Below, in pieces: positions 9,819-18,708 of a stretch of 43,406 nucleotides of DNA. Origin of the DNA: Candidatus Velthaea sp. (lineage in GTDB: Bacteria; Vulcanimicrobiota; Vulcanimicrobiia; Vulcanimicrobiales; Vulcanimicrobiaceae); assembly GCA_050012475.1 (NCBI GenBank), contig JBEKHC010000037.1, positions 1-43,406 of the forward strand, given 5' to 3'. How positions within the stretch are numbered: the stretch's first letter is position 1; each line of letters opens with the position of its first letter. The notes under the pieces are model-generated. The model worked only from the letters and a program-made list of their open reading frames with translations. It did no database searches and was not told the DNA's origin. Both the position numbers and the translations under genes were made by a program.

Positions 9819-10187
9819 GTGCACGAACTCTCGCTTGCGCTGAGCATCGTCGATACCGTCAACGACGTTGCATCGACGCGCGGTTTTGCGCGCATCGACG
9901 CCGTGACGCTCCAGATCGGCGAATGCGCGGGCGTCGATAAAGATGCCCTCGCGTTCGCTTGGGACTTGGCGACCGCCGGGAGCGTGGCGGCCGGCTCACG
10001 GCTGGAATTTCGCGACGTCGGCTTGAACGTGCGCTGCCCGGCGTGCGGCGTGGAACGCCGCCCGCCCAGTCAATGGGAGCTGGGGTGCCCAACCTGCCCC
10101 GGCGTCGCGCCCGAGATCCTTGCTGGCCGCGAACTGCACGTCGTGGCGATCGAGGTCCCGAACGACGTTCCCGACGAGGGTTCGTGA
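9819..10187 (+). CDS. hypA: Hydrogenase maturation nickel metallochaperone
   Basis: GTG start gives MHELSLA (Ni motif), two CxxC motifs (CPACG, CPTC), GREL. Confidence 0.95.
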   Translation: MHELSLALSIVDTVNDVASTRGFARIDAVTLQIGECAGVDKDALAFAWDLATAGSVAAGSRLEFRDVGLNVRCPACGVERRPPSQWELGCPTCPGVAPEILAGRELHVVAIEVPNDVPDEGS

Positions 10188-10666
10188 CGGGCGACGTCGT
10201 CATCGTCGGGTGCGGCAACGTGCTGCGCGGTGATGACGCTGCCGGCCCGCTCCTCGTGCGGAAGATTCGAGAATTGGGTTGTCCGCAAGGCGTGCGCTTG
10301 GTGGACGGCGGGACGGCCGGGATGGACGTCGCTCTTCAAATGGCCGGTGCACGCGAAGTTGTCATCGTCGACGCGTGTACGAGCGGGTCGACCCCCGGCG
10401 ACGTCTTCGAGCTGCCCGGCGACGAGCTGGAAGTACCGCCGCTTGCGGGGATGAACTTGCATGCGTTTCGCTGGGACAATGCCATCGCGTTTGCGCGCTG
10501 GCTGCTCAAAGAGCAGTATCCGAAAGACGTGCGGGTGACGCTCATCGAGGCGCAGACGCTCGACTACGGCGCGCCGCTGAGCGAACCCGTGGCGCGCAGC
10601 GTCGACCTCGTGGCCCGCGGCCTGATCGCGCGTTATGCATTCCCCGAGCCGCGTGGCCCCGGCTAA
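10184..10666 (+). CDS. Hydrogenase maturation endopeptidase (HupW/HybD-like)
   Basis: VIVGCGNVLRGDDAAG, DGGTAG, IVDA, NLHAFRWDNA. GTG start overlaps the hypA stop (GTGA). Confidence 0.93.
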   Translation: MTGDVVIVGCGNVLRGDDAAGPLLVRKIRELGCPQGVRLVDGGTAGMDVALQMAGAREVVIVDACTSGSTPGDVFELPGDELEVPPLAGMNLHAFRWDNAIAFARWLLKEQYPKDVRVTLIEAQTLDYGAPLSEPVARSVDLVARGLIARYAFPEPRGPG

Positions 10667-10761
10667 CGTCGCCGGGTGCGCTTCATCCGATGAGACTATC
10701 CGGCGCTGCCGATGAACGACGAAGCCGAACGCCGGCGCCGGCGCTCGCTCCGAACGAGCCG

Positions 10762-10940
10762 GCGCACGGCGCGCTCGGTCGACCAAGCTTCGCCGGCCGC
10801 GGCGAGAAGCGGGTTCGCGTGGCGGAGCCGGTTGCCGCGGCTGACGCGGTGATCGGGCAAACGGATTTCGGTCCGAACGGCGAGAAGCCTCGGGAAGGCC
10901 GTACGCACGGTACGCTGCGATCGCCGACTCGGGCAACAAA
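10762..10940 (+). pseudogene. Remnant of an NHL-repeat protein
   Basis: Two degenerate repeats, AHGALGRPSFAGRGEKR and ADAVIGQTDFGPNGEK, plus AIADSGN in a shifted frame (10917-10937). Confidence 0.6.
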
Positions 10941-10961
10941 TTTCAGAACGGAGAACGTCGC

Positions 10962-11219
10962 ATGTGTCTCGCACTGCCGGCCAAGATCGTGAGTCTTCCC
11001 GCCGGCGAACCGGGCATCGCGGTCGTCGACGTGCTCTCCGTCGAGCGCCGGGTGAACGTCGATTTGCTGCGCAGCGAGGATCTGGCGATCGGTGACTGGG
11101 TCTTGCTGCACGTCGGCTTCGCGATGAGCAAGGTCAGCGAGAAAGATGCGCGCGAGCAAATCGAGCTGTTGATGATGCTCGGCGAAACCGGCGAAGCCGA
11201 ACGGCAAGTGGTTTTATGA
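10962..11219 (+). CDS. hypC: Hydrogenase assembly chaperone
   Basis: MCLALPAKI, GDWVLLHVGFAM. GGAG RBS upstream. Confidence 0.97.
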   Translation: MCLALPAKIVSLPAGEPGIAVVDVLSVERRVNVDLLRSEDLAIGDWVLLHVGFAMSKVSEKDAREQIELLMMLGETGEAERQVVL

Positions 11220-12325
11220 AGTACGTCGACGAGTATCGTGACCCCGCGATCATCCACGGCATTGCCGCCGAGATCGCCAAAATTGCGGGCGACCGGACGT
11301 TTCGCATCATGGAGGTCTGCGGCGGACATACGCACGCGATCTACCGCTTCGGTCTGGCCAGCCTGCTGCCCAGCGGCATCGAGTTCATTCACGGGCCGGG
11401 CTGCCCGGTGTGCGTGCTCCCGATGGGCCGCGTCGACGAAGGCTTGGCGATCGCGCACGATCCGCGCGTCATCTTTACCGCGTTCGGCGACATGATGCGC
11501 GTCCCCGGACATGCGGGCAGCGCGCTCGAACACAAGGCGCGCGGCGCCGACGTGCGGATGATCTACAGCCCGATGGACGCGCTCGCGGTGGCGCAAAAGA
11601 ATCCCGACCGGGAGGTCGTGTTCTTCGCGATCGGCTTCGAGACGACGACGCCGTCGACGGCACTCACGCTATTGCGCGCTCACGCTTTGGGCGTCACGAA
11701 TTTTAGCGTATTCTGCAATCACATCCTGGTACCGCCGGCCGTGCGCGCGGTCCTCGATTCGGGCGAGGTGCGCATCGACGGGTTCATCGGACCGGGTCAC
11801 GTTGCGACCGTCACCGGCGCCGACGCGTACAACTTCATCCCCGATGAATACCGGCGTCCCGTCGTCGTCTCGGGTTTCGAGCCCATCGATTTGATGCAAT
11901 CGACGCTGATGGTCGTTCGACAACTCGTGAACGGCGAGGCCAAACTCGAGAACGAGTACGCCCGGTTCGTGCCCGCCCAAGCCAATCCGGCGGCGACCGC
12001 GGCGATCGACCGCGTCTTCGCGATTCGGGACGAGTTCGAGTGGCGAGGCCTGGGGATGCTACCGAAATCGGCCTTGCGCATCCGGCCCGAATTCGCCGCG
12101 TTCGATGCCGAGGTCAAGTTCGAGACCCGCGGCGTCGTCGCTGCCGATCATCCCGAAGCGCAATGCGGCGAGGTTTTGCGCGGCTTGATCAAGCCGCCGG
12201 CGTGCCGGCTGTTCGGAACGCTGTGCACGCCCGAACATCCGATCGGTGCGCTCATGGTGTCGTCCGAAGGCTCGTGCGCGGCGCACTTCAAGTACGTGAT
12301 GCAGCCCGCGTACGCCGAAGTCTAA
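11216..12325 (+). CDS. hypD: Hydrogenase formation protein
   Basis: MEVCGGHTH, GPGCPVC, GFETT, PGHV, GALMVSSEGSCAA. Confidence 0.98.
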   Translation: MKYVDEYRDPAIIHGIAAEIAKIAGDRTFRIMEVCGGHTHAIYRFGLASLLPSGIEFIHGPGCPVCVLPMGRVDEGLAIAHDPRVIFTAFGDMMRVPGHAGSALEHKARGADVRMIYSPMDALAVAQKNPDREVVFFAIGFETTTPSTALTLLRAHALGVTNFSVFCNHILVPPAVRAVLDSGEVRIDGFIGPGHVATVTGADAYNFIPDEYRRPVVVSGFEPIDLMQSTLMVVRQLVNGEAKLENEYARFVPAQANPAATAAIDRVFAIRDEFEWRGLGMLPKSALRIRPEFAAFDAEVKFETRGVVAADHPEAQCGEVLRGLIKPPACRLFGTLCTPEHPIGALMVSSEGSCAAHFKYVMQPAYAEV

Positions 12326-12334
12326 GGCAGCGCG

Positions 12335-13357
12335 ATTCCGATCTCGTTTCGCGACGAACATATTGAACTCGTCCACGGTGCCGGCGGCAAAGCCAGCCGC
12401 CGGCTGATCGAAGGACTCATCGTTCCGCACCTCATGAACGGTCGCGCCGGCGCGCTCGGCGACGCTGCGATCGTGGCGCTGCGCTCGGCAAGCGTCGCGT
12501 TGACGACCGATGCGTTCGTGGTGCGGCCGCTGCGTTTTCCGGGCGGTTCGATCGGCGATCTGGCCGTCAACGGGACCGTCAACGATCTGGCGGTTTCGGG
12601 CGCGCGGCCGCGGGCGTTAGTGTGTTCGTTCATCTTGGAAGCCGGGCTCGAGGTGGCCATCCTGCGCGCCGAACTCAAAGCGATGCAGGCTGCGGCCGCG
12701 CGCGCGGGCGTCGTTTTCGTTGGCGGCGATACCAAGGTCGTCGACCACGGCGAAGCCGACGACCTCTACGTCACGACGACCGGCATCGGCGATCCGTCGG
12801 AGATCGAACTGGGGCCGCAGCGCGTGAAGGCCGGCGACCGGATCATCGTCAGCGGCCCGATCGGAGACCACGGCATCACGATCCTGCTCGCTCGCGGCGA
12901 AATCGATTTGCGCGCCGACTTGCAATCCGATTCGCGCAGCGTCTGGCCGTACGTCGAGGCGCTGCTGGGCGCGGTGGGCGACGGGGTGCGCTGGATGCGC
13001 GATCCGACGCGCGGCGGCGTCGCGACGAGCCTCAACGAACTGGCGCGCGACGCCGGCGCCGGCATCGTGATCGAGGAGCGGCTGCTGCCGATTCGCGACG
13101 TCGTCAAAGGCGCGAGCGAGATTCTCGGCATCGATCCGCTGCACGTCGCCAACGAGGGGCAGTTTTTGGCGATCGTCGCGCCCGATGCGGAGGCGGCCGC
13201 GCTGGCGGCCATTCGCGCGATCCCGGGCGGAGAAGAAGCCGTCAGCATCGGCGAGATCGTCGCCGGACCGGCGGGTCTCGTGCAATGCAAAACGCCGTTC
13301 GGTTCGAGCCGAATCGTCGACATGCTCGTCGGGGATCCGCTGCCCCGCATCTGTTAG
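12335..13357 (+). CDS. hypE: Hydrogenase expression/formation protein (carbamoyl dehydratase), start uncertain (ATT 12335 or first ATG 12434)
   Basis: HGAGGK upstream of the first ATG, GGSIGDLAVNGTVND, GGDTKVV, RDPTRGG, C-terminal PRIC. Confidence 0.93.
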   Translation: MPISFRDEHIELVHGAGGKASRRLIEGLIVPHLMNGRAGALGDAAIVALRSASVALTTDAFVVRPLRFPGGSIGDLAVNGTVNDLAVSGARPRALVCSFILEAGLEVAILRAELKAMQAAAARAGVVFVGGDTKVVDHGEADDLYVTTTGIGDPSEIELGPQRVKAGDRIIVSGPIGDHGITILLARGEIDLRADLQSDSRSVWPYVEALLGAVGDGVRWMRDPTRGGVATSLNELARDAGAGIVIEERLLPIRDVVKGASEILGIDPLHVANEGQFLAIVAPDAEAAALAAIRAIPGGEEAVSIGEIVAGPAGLVQCKTPFGSSRIVDMLVGDPLPRIC

Positions 13358-13359
13358 CG

Positions 13360-13590
13360 ATGAACGAACTCTACGGCACGGCCGGCTGCCCGTTTACCGC
13401 CGAGCTGCGCGAAGACCTCGAGTGGCGCGGCATTGCGTTTACCGAGTACGACGTCGAAGCCGACCGTGCCGCGCTCGCGCGGATGCTCGCGTTCACGGGC
13501 GGCGCGCGCACCGTACCGGTGTTCGTCGAAGACGGACGCGTCAAGCAAGTCGGCTTCGGCGGCCGCGGCTGTGTCGTCGGCGGCGGCTGA
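13360..13590 (+). CDS. Small glutaredoxin-like protein (Uxx-star-like, Cys form)
   Basis: MNELYGTAGCPFTAELREDL...EYDVEAD...RTVPVFVEDGRV...GFGGRGCVVGGG*, 76 aa, starts 2 nt after the hypE stop. Confidence 0.8.
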   Translation: MNELYGTAGCPFTAELREDLEWRGIAFTEYDVEADRAALARMLAFTGGARTVPVFVEDGRVKQVGFGGRGCVVGGG

Positions 13591-13737
13591 CCGGCGGCGT
13601 TCGCGCGCGGCCGAAAACGCAGCAGGTTCGGCCACGCCGTGTAGCGAGCATCTCCGGTATGGCACGTTCGCGCAGCGTAGCGATCGCGATCGGCGAGCCA
13701 TGGCCGAACGATCGTCGAAAATTGAAAAGAGGCGACC

Positions 13738-14589
13738 ATGAATCAACTCGGCGTCCACGCGCTGGTCTGGACGGGCGGCTGGAGCGAGAGCGAAGCGGCC
13801 CTGGCGATAGCGGGAACCAAGCGCGCCGGTTACGATCTCATCGAGATTGCGCTGCTCGACCCGTCCTCGGTCGATGCGGCGATGACCCGCCGGCTGCTCG
13901 ATAAACACGGCCTCAAGGCGACGTGTTCGCTGGGCTTGGCGGCCGCGACGGACATCTCGAGCGAAGACAAAGACAAAGTCGCGGCCGGTGAAGCGATGCT
14001 GCGAACCGCTTTGCAGTGCGCGGTCGACTTCGGCGCTCCGTACATGGGCGGCATCCTCTATAGCGCGTTCCAGAAATACATGCATCCGCCGACGGCTGCC
14101 GGCCGGGCGAACGCGATCGCCGTGCTCAAACGTTTGGCGCGCGAAGCCGCGCCCAAAGGCGTGACGCTCGGACTCGAAGTCGTCAACCGGTACGAGACCA
14201 ATCTGCTCAATACCGCGGATCAGGCGCTGGCGTTCATTGCCGAGATCGACGAGCCCAACGTCGGTGTCCACCTCGACACGTACCACATGAACATCGAAGA
14301 GGACGACATGTTCGGACCGGTCGAGCGCTGCGGCGATAAGCTGGTCTACGTCCACATCGGCGAAAGCCACCGCGGCTATCTCGGCTCGGGCTCCGTCGAT
14401 TTCTCGACGTTCTTCAAAGCGCTGCGCGCGCGCGGTTATGCGGGCACGATCACGTTCGAAAGCTTTTCTTCGGCGATCGTCTCACCGACGCTATCGAACA
14501 TTCTTGGGGTATGGCGCAACCTCTGGACCGACGGCTACGACCTCGCCGTTCGCGCGCACTCGTTCATGACGGCTCACCTCCGCGACTGA
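13738..14589 (+). CDS. D-tagatose/D-psicose 3-epimerase family sugar epimerase
   Basis: LEVVNRYE, HLDTYHMNIEE, HIGESHRGYLGSG, FESFS (the E-D-H-E metal ligands). Confidence 0.92.
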   Translation: MNQLGVHALVWTGGWSESEAALAIAGTKRAGYDLIEIALLDPSSVDAAMTRRLLDKHGLKATCSLGLAAATDISSEDKDKVAAGEAMLRTALQCAVDFGAPYMGGILYSAFQKYMHPPTAAGRANAIAVLKRLAREAAPKGVTLGLEVVNRYETNLLNTADQALAFIAEIDEPNVGVHLDTYHMNIEEDDMFGPVERCGDKLVYVHIGESHRGYLGSGSVDFSTFFKALRARGYAGTITFESFSSAIVSPTLSNILGVWRNLWTDGYDLAVRAHSFMTAHLRD

Positions 14590-14616
14590 TCCGCATTATG
14601 GGGCAGACCTTCGTGG

Positions 14617-14646
14617 GGCGCGCTCTTCCCCGACCGAGCGCGCCCT
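14617..14646 (+). terminator. GC-rich hairpin after the epimerase
   Basis: GGGCGCGCTC-N10-GAGCGCGCCC with a weak U tail. Confidence 0.5.
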
Positions 14647-14895
14647 TCGAGAGCCTCGTGCCGACGCTCGCGGAAATCAAACGACATCCCTCGTTGCGAT
14701 ACAAATGCAGAGTGCGTCCGTCGTCAATTCGAGTCACAGGCGGAAGTTTCGCGTTAGGTAAGCGATGACGTCGGTCGCGCGACCACGCCAGCTAAGTGCT
14801 CGCATGTCCGTCTTCTAGAACAGGTAGGCGTTCCAAGGAAAGACTGCGCGCCGTTGCAAGAGGTCGGGCACCGTCGCGTTCTCGAACGTTTAACG

Positions 14896-15096
14896 ATGGA
14901 GAACAAGCAATTCGAACGTGTTGCCGATGGCGTTACGACGTATACTTCGGTTGAAGGGCGCAGGCTTACGGGATTCGGTCGAACGGAGGACGAGGCGCTC
15001 GCTGACCTGCGGGCTGGCGTAGAGATGGACGAGCGCCTGACGGCTCTCATGCGTGAAAGTAAGCGTCGCCAATATCAAGAGCAACGTTCACTGTAA
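14896..15096 (+). CDS. Small protein with HicB-like antitoxin N-terminal signature
   Basis: 66 aa containing LTGFGRTEDEALADLRAGV, resembling the HicB G-x-T-x-E-E-A-L motif. Confidence 0.45.
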   Translation: MENKQFERVADGVTTYTSVEGRRLTGFGRTEDEALADLRAGVEMDERLTALMRESKRRQYQEQRSL

Positions 15097-15214
15097 CGGT
15101 TATCCGGCGCGCGATTGCCGGCTACCCAGCTCAAAGATACGACGCGTTGCCGTCTGTCGTTCGTGTTTGCTGCGCCGCCGCGGGGCCTTCACGGCTGGCA
15201 GCTTCGAGCGGCGG

Positions 15215-15817
15215 CTATGTCGTGACCGCTGTCGTCGAAGTGCGTAGTTTGATTTCGGCGGGGATGATCTCCGGTGGTTGAGCGACACATTCAGCGAGTC
15301 GTTCATTGACCCACGCAACCGTCTGCCGATTGCCTGCATCCGCATATTCCCGATTCTTGAAAATGCTCAGCGACACGACCGTGCTTGCGCCTGCGTCGAT
15401 CGCCCCATACGACGCAAATCCTGGCAGGGCGGCGATCAGCGGCACGAGGCTATCGCGAATGCGGTGCGTCGCCTCGTAAATGCCGCTAACCCTGACCGGG
15501 CAACGCCAGAGGAACCCGTAGCCTTCCGGCACGTGCTCGACCACGGAACGAGTCACTACCGGCCCGCGAGTGACCTGCGGACGACCAAGAGCCAGTGCCG
15601 CTTGATTCTCTTTGTACCAACCCGCAGCATAATCGGCCTTCAGCTCGTCGTCGAAGACGCTCGCCGTGATCAAGCCGGCCGGTCCGGCATCCATCAGCGT
15701 CCACGAGACGAACCCCACCGCCTTACTGAGAATGGGCAAGAATCGTTCGCGGCAACGGTGGACGATCGCGTCAATTTGGCCGGGGTCGATATCGTATTGC
15801 CGAATTACACCGTACAT
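15215..15817 (-). CDS. Hypothetical protein with two tandem dimeric alpha/beta-barrel (ABM-like) repeats
   Basis: Internal duplication: FLPILSKAVGFVSWTLMDAG...SVF versus LVPLIAALPGFASYGAIDAG...SIF. Confidence 0.7.
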   Translation of the reverse strand: MYGVIRQYDIDPGQIDAIVHRCRERFLPILSKAVGFVSWTLMDAGPAGLITASVFDDELKADYAAGWYKENQAALALGRPQVTRGPVVTRSVVEHVPEGYGFLWRCPVRVSGIYEATHRIRDSLVPLIAALPGFASYGAIDAGASTVVSLSIFKNREYADAGNRQTVAWVNERLAECVAQPPEIIPAEIKLRTSTTAVTT

Positions 15818-16324
15818 CAAAGACCGCCATTTCGCTGCCGCCGTGTTTCGCGCGCGAGTTGATTTTCGCTCGTCGATCGGCGACAGTCACCACACTGAAA
15901 GGTCGACGATTCGACGAAGATTGCCCCGTCCGCCATCGCGTTCCGCCCACCGTCACCGACACTTCGTTGCGGGCTCTCATGGCCCCCGTGAGAGCCGGCG
16001 TCGGAAGAGCGCGCGCAACGATTCCGCGGTCTTCGTCGGCGGCTTCGATGAAAGCACGGCCGGTGCGAAGGTCATCCGCGAGGCGCTGGGTCGCGAACAG
16101 CCGACGCGCTGCTCTATAATGTTAGTCTGCCGCCCCTGGACCATCGGCTGCGGGAAAACCCGGTTTCGACTTTTCCGGAAATCTGACTGGAAGCTCAAAA
16201 GGCCCGTCCCGTATTGGTTTTCCTCCTCATAATCCAGACCCAGCAGCCGTGGTGGAAGCGGTGATCAAAGCGATTCATGCAAAGTCCTGAAGCGCTGCAT
16301 AGATAGATCAACATTACTGCAGAT

Positions 16325-16372
16325 GACGACATGTTCGAGCCGGTCGAGCGCTGCGGCGACTAGCTGGTCTAC
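16325..16372 (+). repeat. 48-bp degenerate copy of epimerase-internal sequence 14302-14349
   Basis: 44 of 48 positions identical by manual alignment. Reads DDMFEPVERCGD*LVY versus DDMFGPVERCGDKLVY. Confidence 0.85.
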
Positions 16373-16576
16373 CGCGTTCACGGTCGAGGATTTCCCGCTG
16401 GATAATCTGACGCTTTCAGTGACGGATGCGTTCGCGCAGTTCGAGCTCCGCGAGGCACATGTTATACGGCTTGTAGCATCCGAAAAGCCGACTTTATTGC
16501 AATAGGGCAACAACGCCCGAATCCCCATTGCCAACGACACGCGGCACGGCGTTTCTTTCATCCTACTCTTCCTAAT

Positions 16577-17713
16577 ATGACGAAATTAAGTGCGGTGACA
16601 ACTTGTCTTACACCGCTTGCCCTTTCGGGTCTTTTCCTTTTGACGGCTTGCGGTGGTGGTTCTGCCGGCAGCGCTAGCGGCAACGCCGTCACGCCGGTCA
16701 CGCTGCCCGGTACGTCCGCCAAAAATCGGGCTACGGTTTCACTTTCCTTCACCGTGCCGCAAAACGACTCGCAAGCTTCAGCCAGCTCGGCGAATCGCAC
16801 GCCGAAGTTCATCTCCCCCGGCCAAAACAACATTACGCTCATTGTCGACGGCACCAAAGTTCTCAATGCCGCCGTTATCAGCGCAGGACTGGCCAGTCCG
16901 ACGACGAGTCCGGACGGAAATACCGTCGTCACCGTGGCGTATGCGGGCAGCGGGAGCTATTACACCTACACCATCGGTATCGACACCATTCCCGGTAAGC
17001 ACCGGATCGGCGTCGAGATTCTCGGCAATGCGCCTCAAGTAATCCTTTCGGAAGCGCAAAACGTGTACTCGCTGCAGCCGGGTTCCAATCCGGCGGCAAC
17101 CTTGACTCTCATGGGCGTTCTTTCGTCAGGCTATATCGAATGCGCCAACGGGCCGGTCGATAATACGAATTGCTCGAGCTCGTTCACCCCGGATGCTACC
17201 GTGGGCACGGGCGGCGTTTATACGTTGACAGCGATCGGCGCCGACTTCGAAAGCTTCCCGATTTCTTCGCAAAGCAGCACCACCTTCGATAACGGCGGCT
17301 TCACCGTCGTCGAAACCGATGCTAACGGCATTTTGACGCTGACCCAACCCGGAGCGCCGTTCACCGCTCCTGGAACCCAACTCACGGGAGCCCCTAGCGG
17401 CGGCTACTACGTTCCTGCCCTCTCAACCTACGGGCAGTCGTTCGAAGCGCGCTGCGTCAAACTGGGAACAGCTACGCTGTCGTTGCAAAATGCCGCCAGC
17501 GGACCCAATACGCCGTTGGTCGGCGAGACGTACACGACCTACAACCCGGCCAACCAAGTCCCCACCGTGGGCAATTATCCAGGGGCCGGTACCCTGGCCA
17601 CGGGCAACAAAATCGCCGGCAACCCGAACTACCATAGCGGGCAAAACCCCAACGCCGTCACGACACTCATGAGCATCAACTGTGACGCTAATCTGAATCT
17701 GACCATCAACTAA
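16577..17713 (+). CDS. Putative surface lipoprotein, Thr/Gly/Ser/Asn-rich, beta-rich
   Basis: Signal peptide with lipobox LTA-C followed by a GGGSAGS linker. 378-aa ORF, visibly lower GC than the flanking genes. Confidence 0.75.
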   Translation: MTKLSAVTTCLTPLALSGLFLLTACGGGSAGSASGNAVTPVTLPGTSAKNRATVSLSFTVPQNDSQASASSANRTPKFISPGQNNITLIVDGTKVLNAAVISAGLASPTTSPDGNTVVTVAYAGSGSYYTYTIGIDTIPGKHRIGVEILGNAPQVILSEAQNVYSLQPGSNPAATLTLMGVLSSGYIECANGPVDNTNCSSSFTPDATVGTGGVYTLTAIGADFESFPISSQSSTTFDNGGFTVVETDANGILTLTQPGAPFTAPGTQLTGAPSGGYYVPALSTYGQSFEARCVKLGTATLSLQNAASGPNTPLVGETYTTYNPANQVPTVGNYPGAGTLATGNKIAGNPNYHSGQNPNAVTTLMSINCDANLNLTIN

Positions 17714-17734
17714 GCTCGACCGGAGCCGCGAACC

Positions 17735-17769
17735 GAGAAAGCTTCCATTCTCCAAATGGGAGCTTTCTC
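17735..17769. terminator. Hairpin between the convergent lipoprotein and ABC permease genes
   Basis: GAGAAAGCTTCCATT-N5-AATGGGAGCTTTCTC, 15-bp stem with one G-U pair. Confidence 0.7.
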
Positions 17770-17877
17770 CATGCGCTGGCGCGAACGGGCGCCTGAAGCG
17801 AAAGCGAGGCGAGCGGCGCAGGCATGACAACCGCTGCGGCGGTTTGAGCTGGCTCGCGCGCTGGTCGCGGCGCGCTT

Positions 17878-18708
17878 CTACTCGGCCGAGAGTGCGCCCA
17901 TCGAGAGCCCGGTGACGATGTACTTTTGCGCGAAGAACGTGAGCAGCACGGCCGGCAGCGATTGCATCGTGGCGACCGCGGCCATCTGCTGGTATTGGGT
18001 CAGCGTGTTGCTGGCAAACTTCGCCAGGAAGACCGGCAGCGTTTGACTGTCGCCGTTGGTGAGCACCAGCGCATCGAGCAGTTCATTCCAAGCGAAAATC
18101 CAAGTGAAGAGCGCGACCACGATGATGCTCGCGCGCGCCATCGGAATCGTTACGAGCCAGAGCGTTGCGACCCGGCTTGCGCCGTCGATCCGAGCGGCTT
18201 CTTCGACTTCTTTGGGGACGTTGCGGAAGAAGATCGTGAGCAGCCAAACCGAGAAGCTCAAATTGATGCTCACGTACACGATGATCAGGCCGAAGGTCGA
18301 CCCGTACAGCCCGGCTTTGGAGAGCAGCGCCGAGAGCGGAACGATGCCGGCGATGATCGGCATGAAGCGCGTGCTCAAAATGTAGAACTGAATGTCTTTC
18401 TTGCGCGGAATCTTGTAACGCGCGAGCGCGTAGGCGGCGGGAATGCCGATGAGCGTCGTGATCGCCATCGTCACGGTCGCGACGAACAGCGACTGCTCGA
18501 GCGGCTGCAGCGCGTTCTGCGCCCCAGCGAACGTTTCGACATAGTTTCCGACGTTGGAAAAGCTCGGCCAGACCGGCGGAATGGCCTGCGCTTGGACGAA
18601 CGTCTTGAACGACGTCAGCACGATCCAGAAGATCGGGGCGACCACGGCGGCGGCCAGAAACACGGACACGACCGGAGCGAACAGACGGCGCGCCGACGAG
18701 GCCGACAT
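17878..18708 (-). CDS. Carbohydrate ABC transporter permease (MalG-like)
   Basis: MSASSARR start overlapping the upstream stop, EAA loop EVEEAARIDGAS, AWNELL. Confidence 0.95.
   Translation of the reverse strand: MSASSARRLFAPVVSVFLAAAVVAPIFWIVLTSFKTFVQAQAIPPVWPSFSNVGNYVETFAGAQNALQPLEQSLFVATVTMAITTLIGIPAAYALARYKIPRKKDIQFYILSTRFMPIIAGIVPLSALLSKAGLYGSTFGLIIVYVSINLSFSVWLLTIFFRNVPKEVEEAARIDGASRVATLWLVTIPMARASIIVVALFTWIFAWNELLDALVLTNGDSQTLPVFLAKFASNTLTQYQQMAAVATMQSLPAVLLTFFAQKYIVTGLSMGALSAE

Noticed and set aside
13714..13730. Match of the TnpB guide start (CGAAAATTG) upstream of the epimerase
   Set aside because: Only 9 contiguous nt, which is plausible by chance in 43 kb, and the TAM is unknown.
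16000..16100. Periplasmic-binding-protein fragment (VFVGGFDESTAGAKVIR)
   Set aside because: Too short and generic to support without a search.
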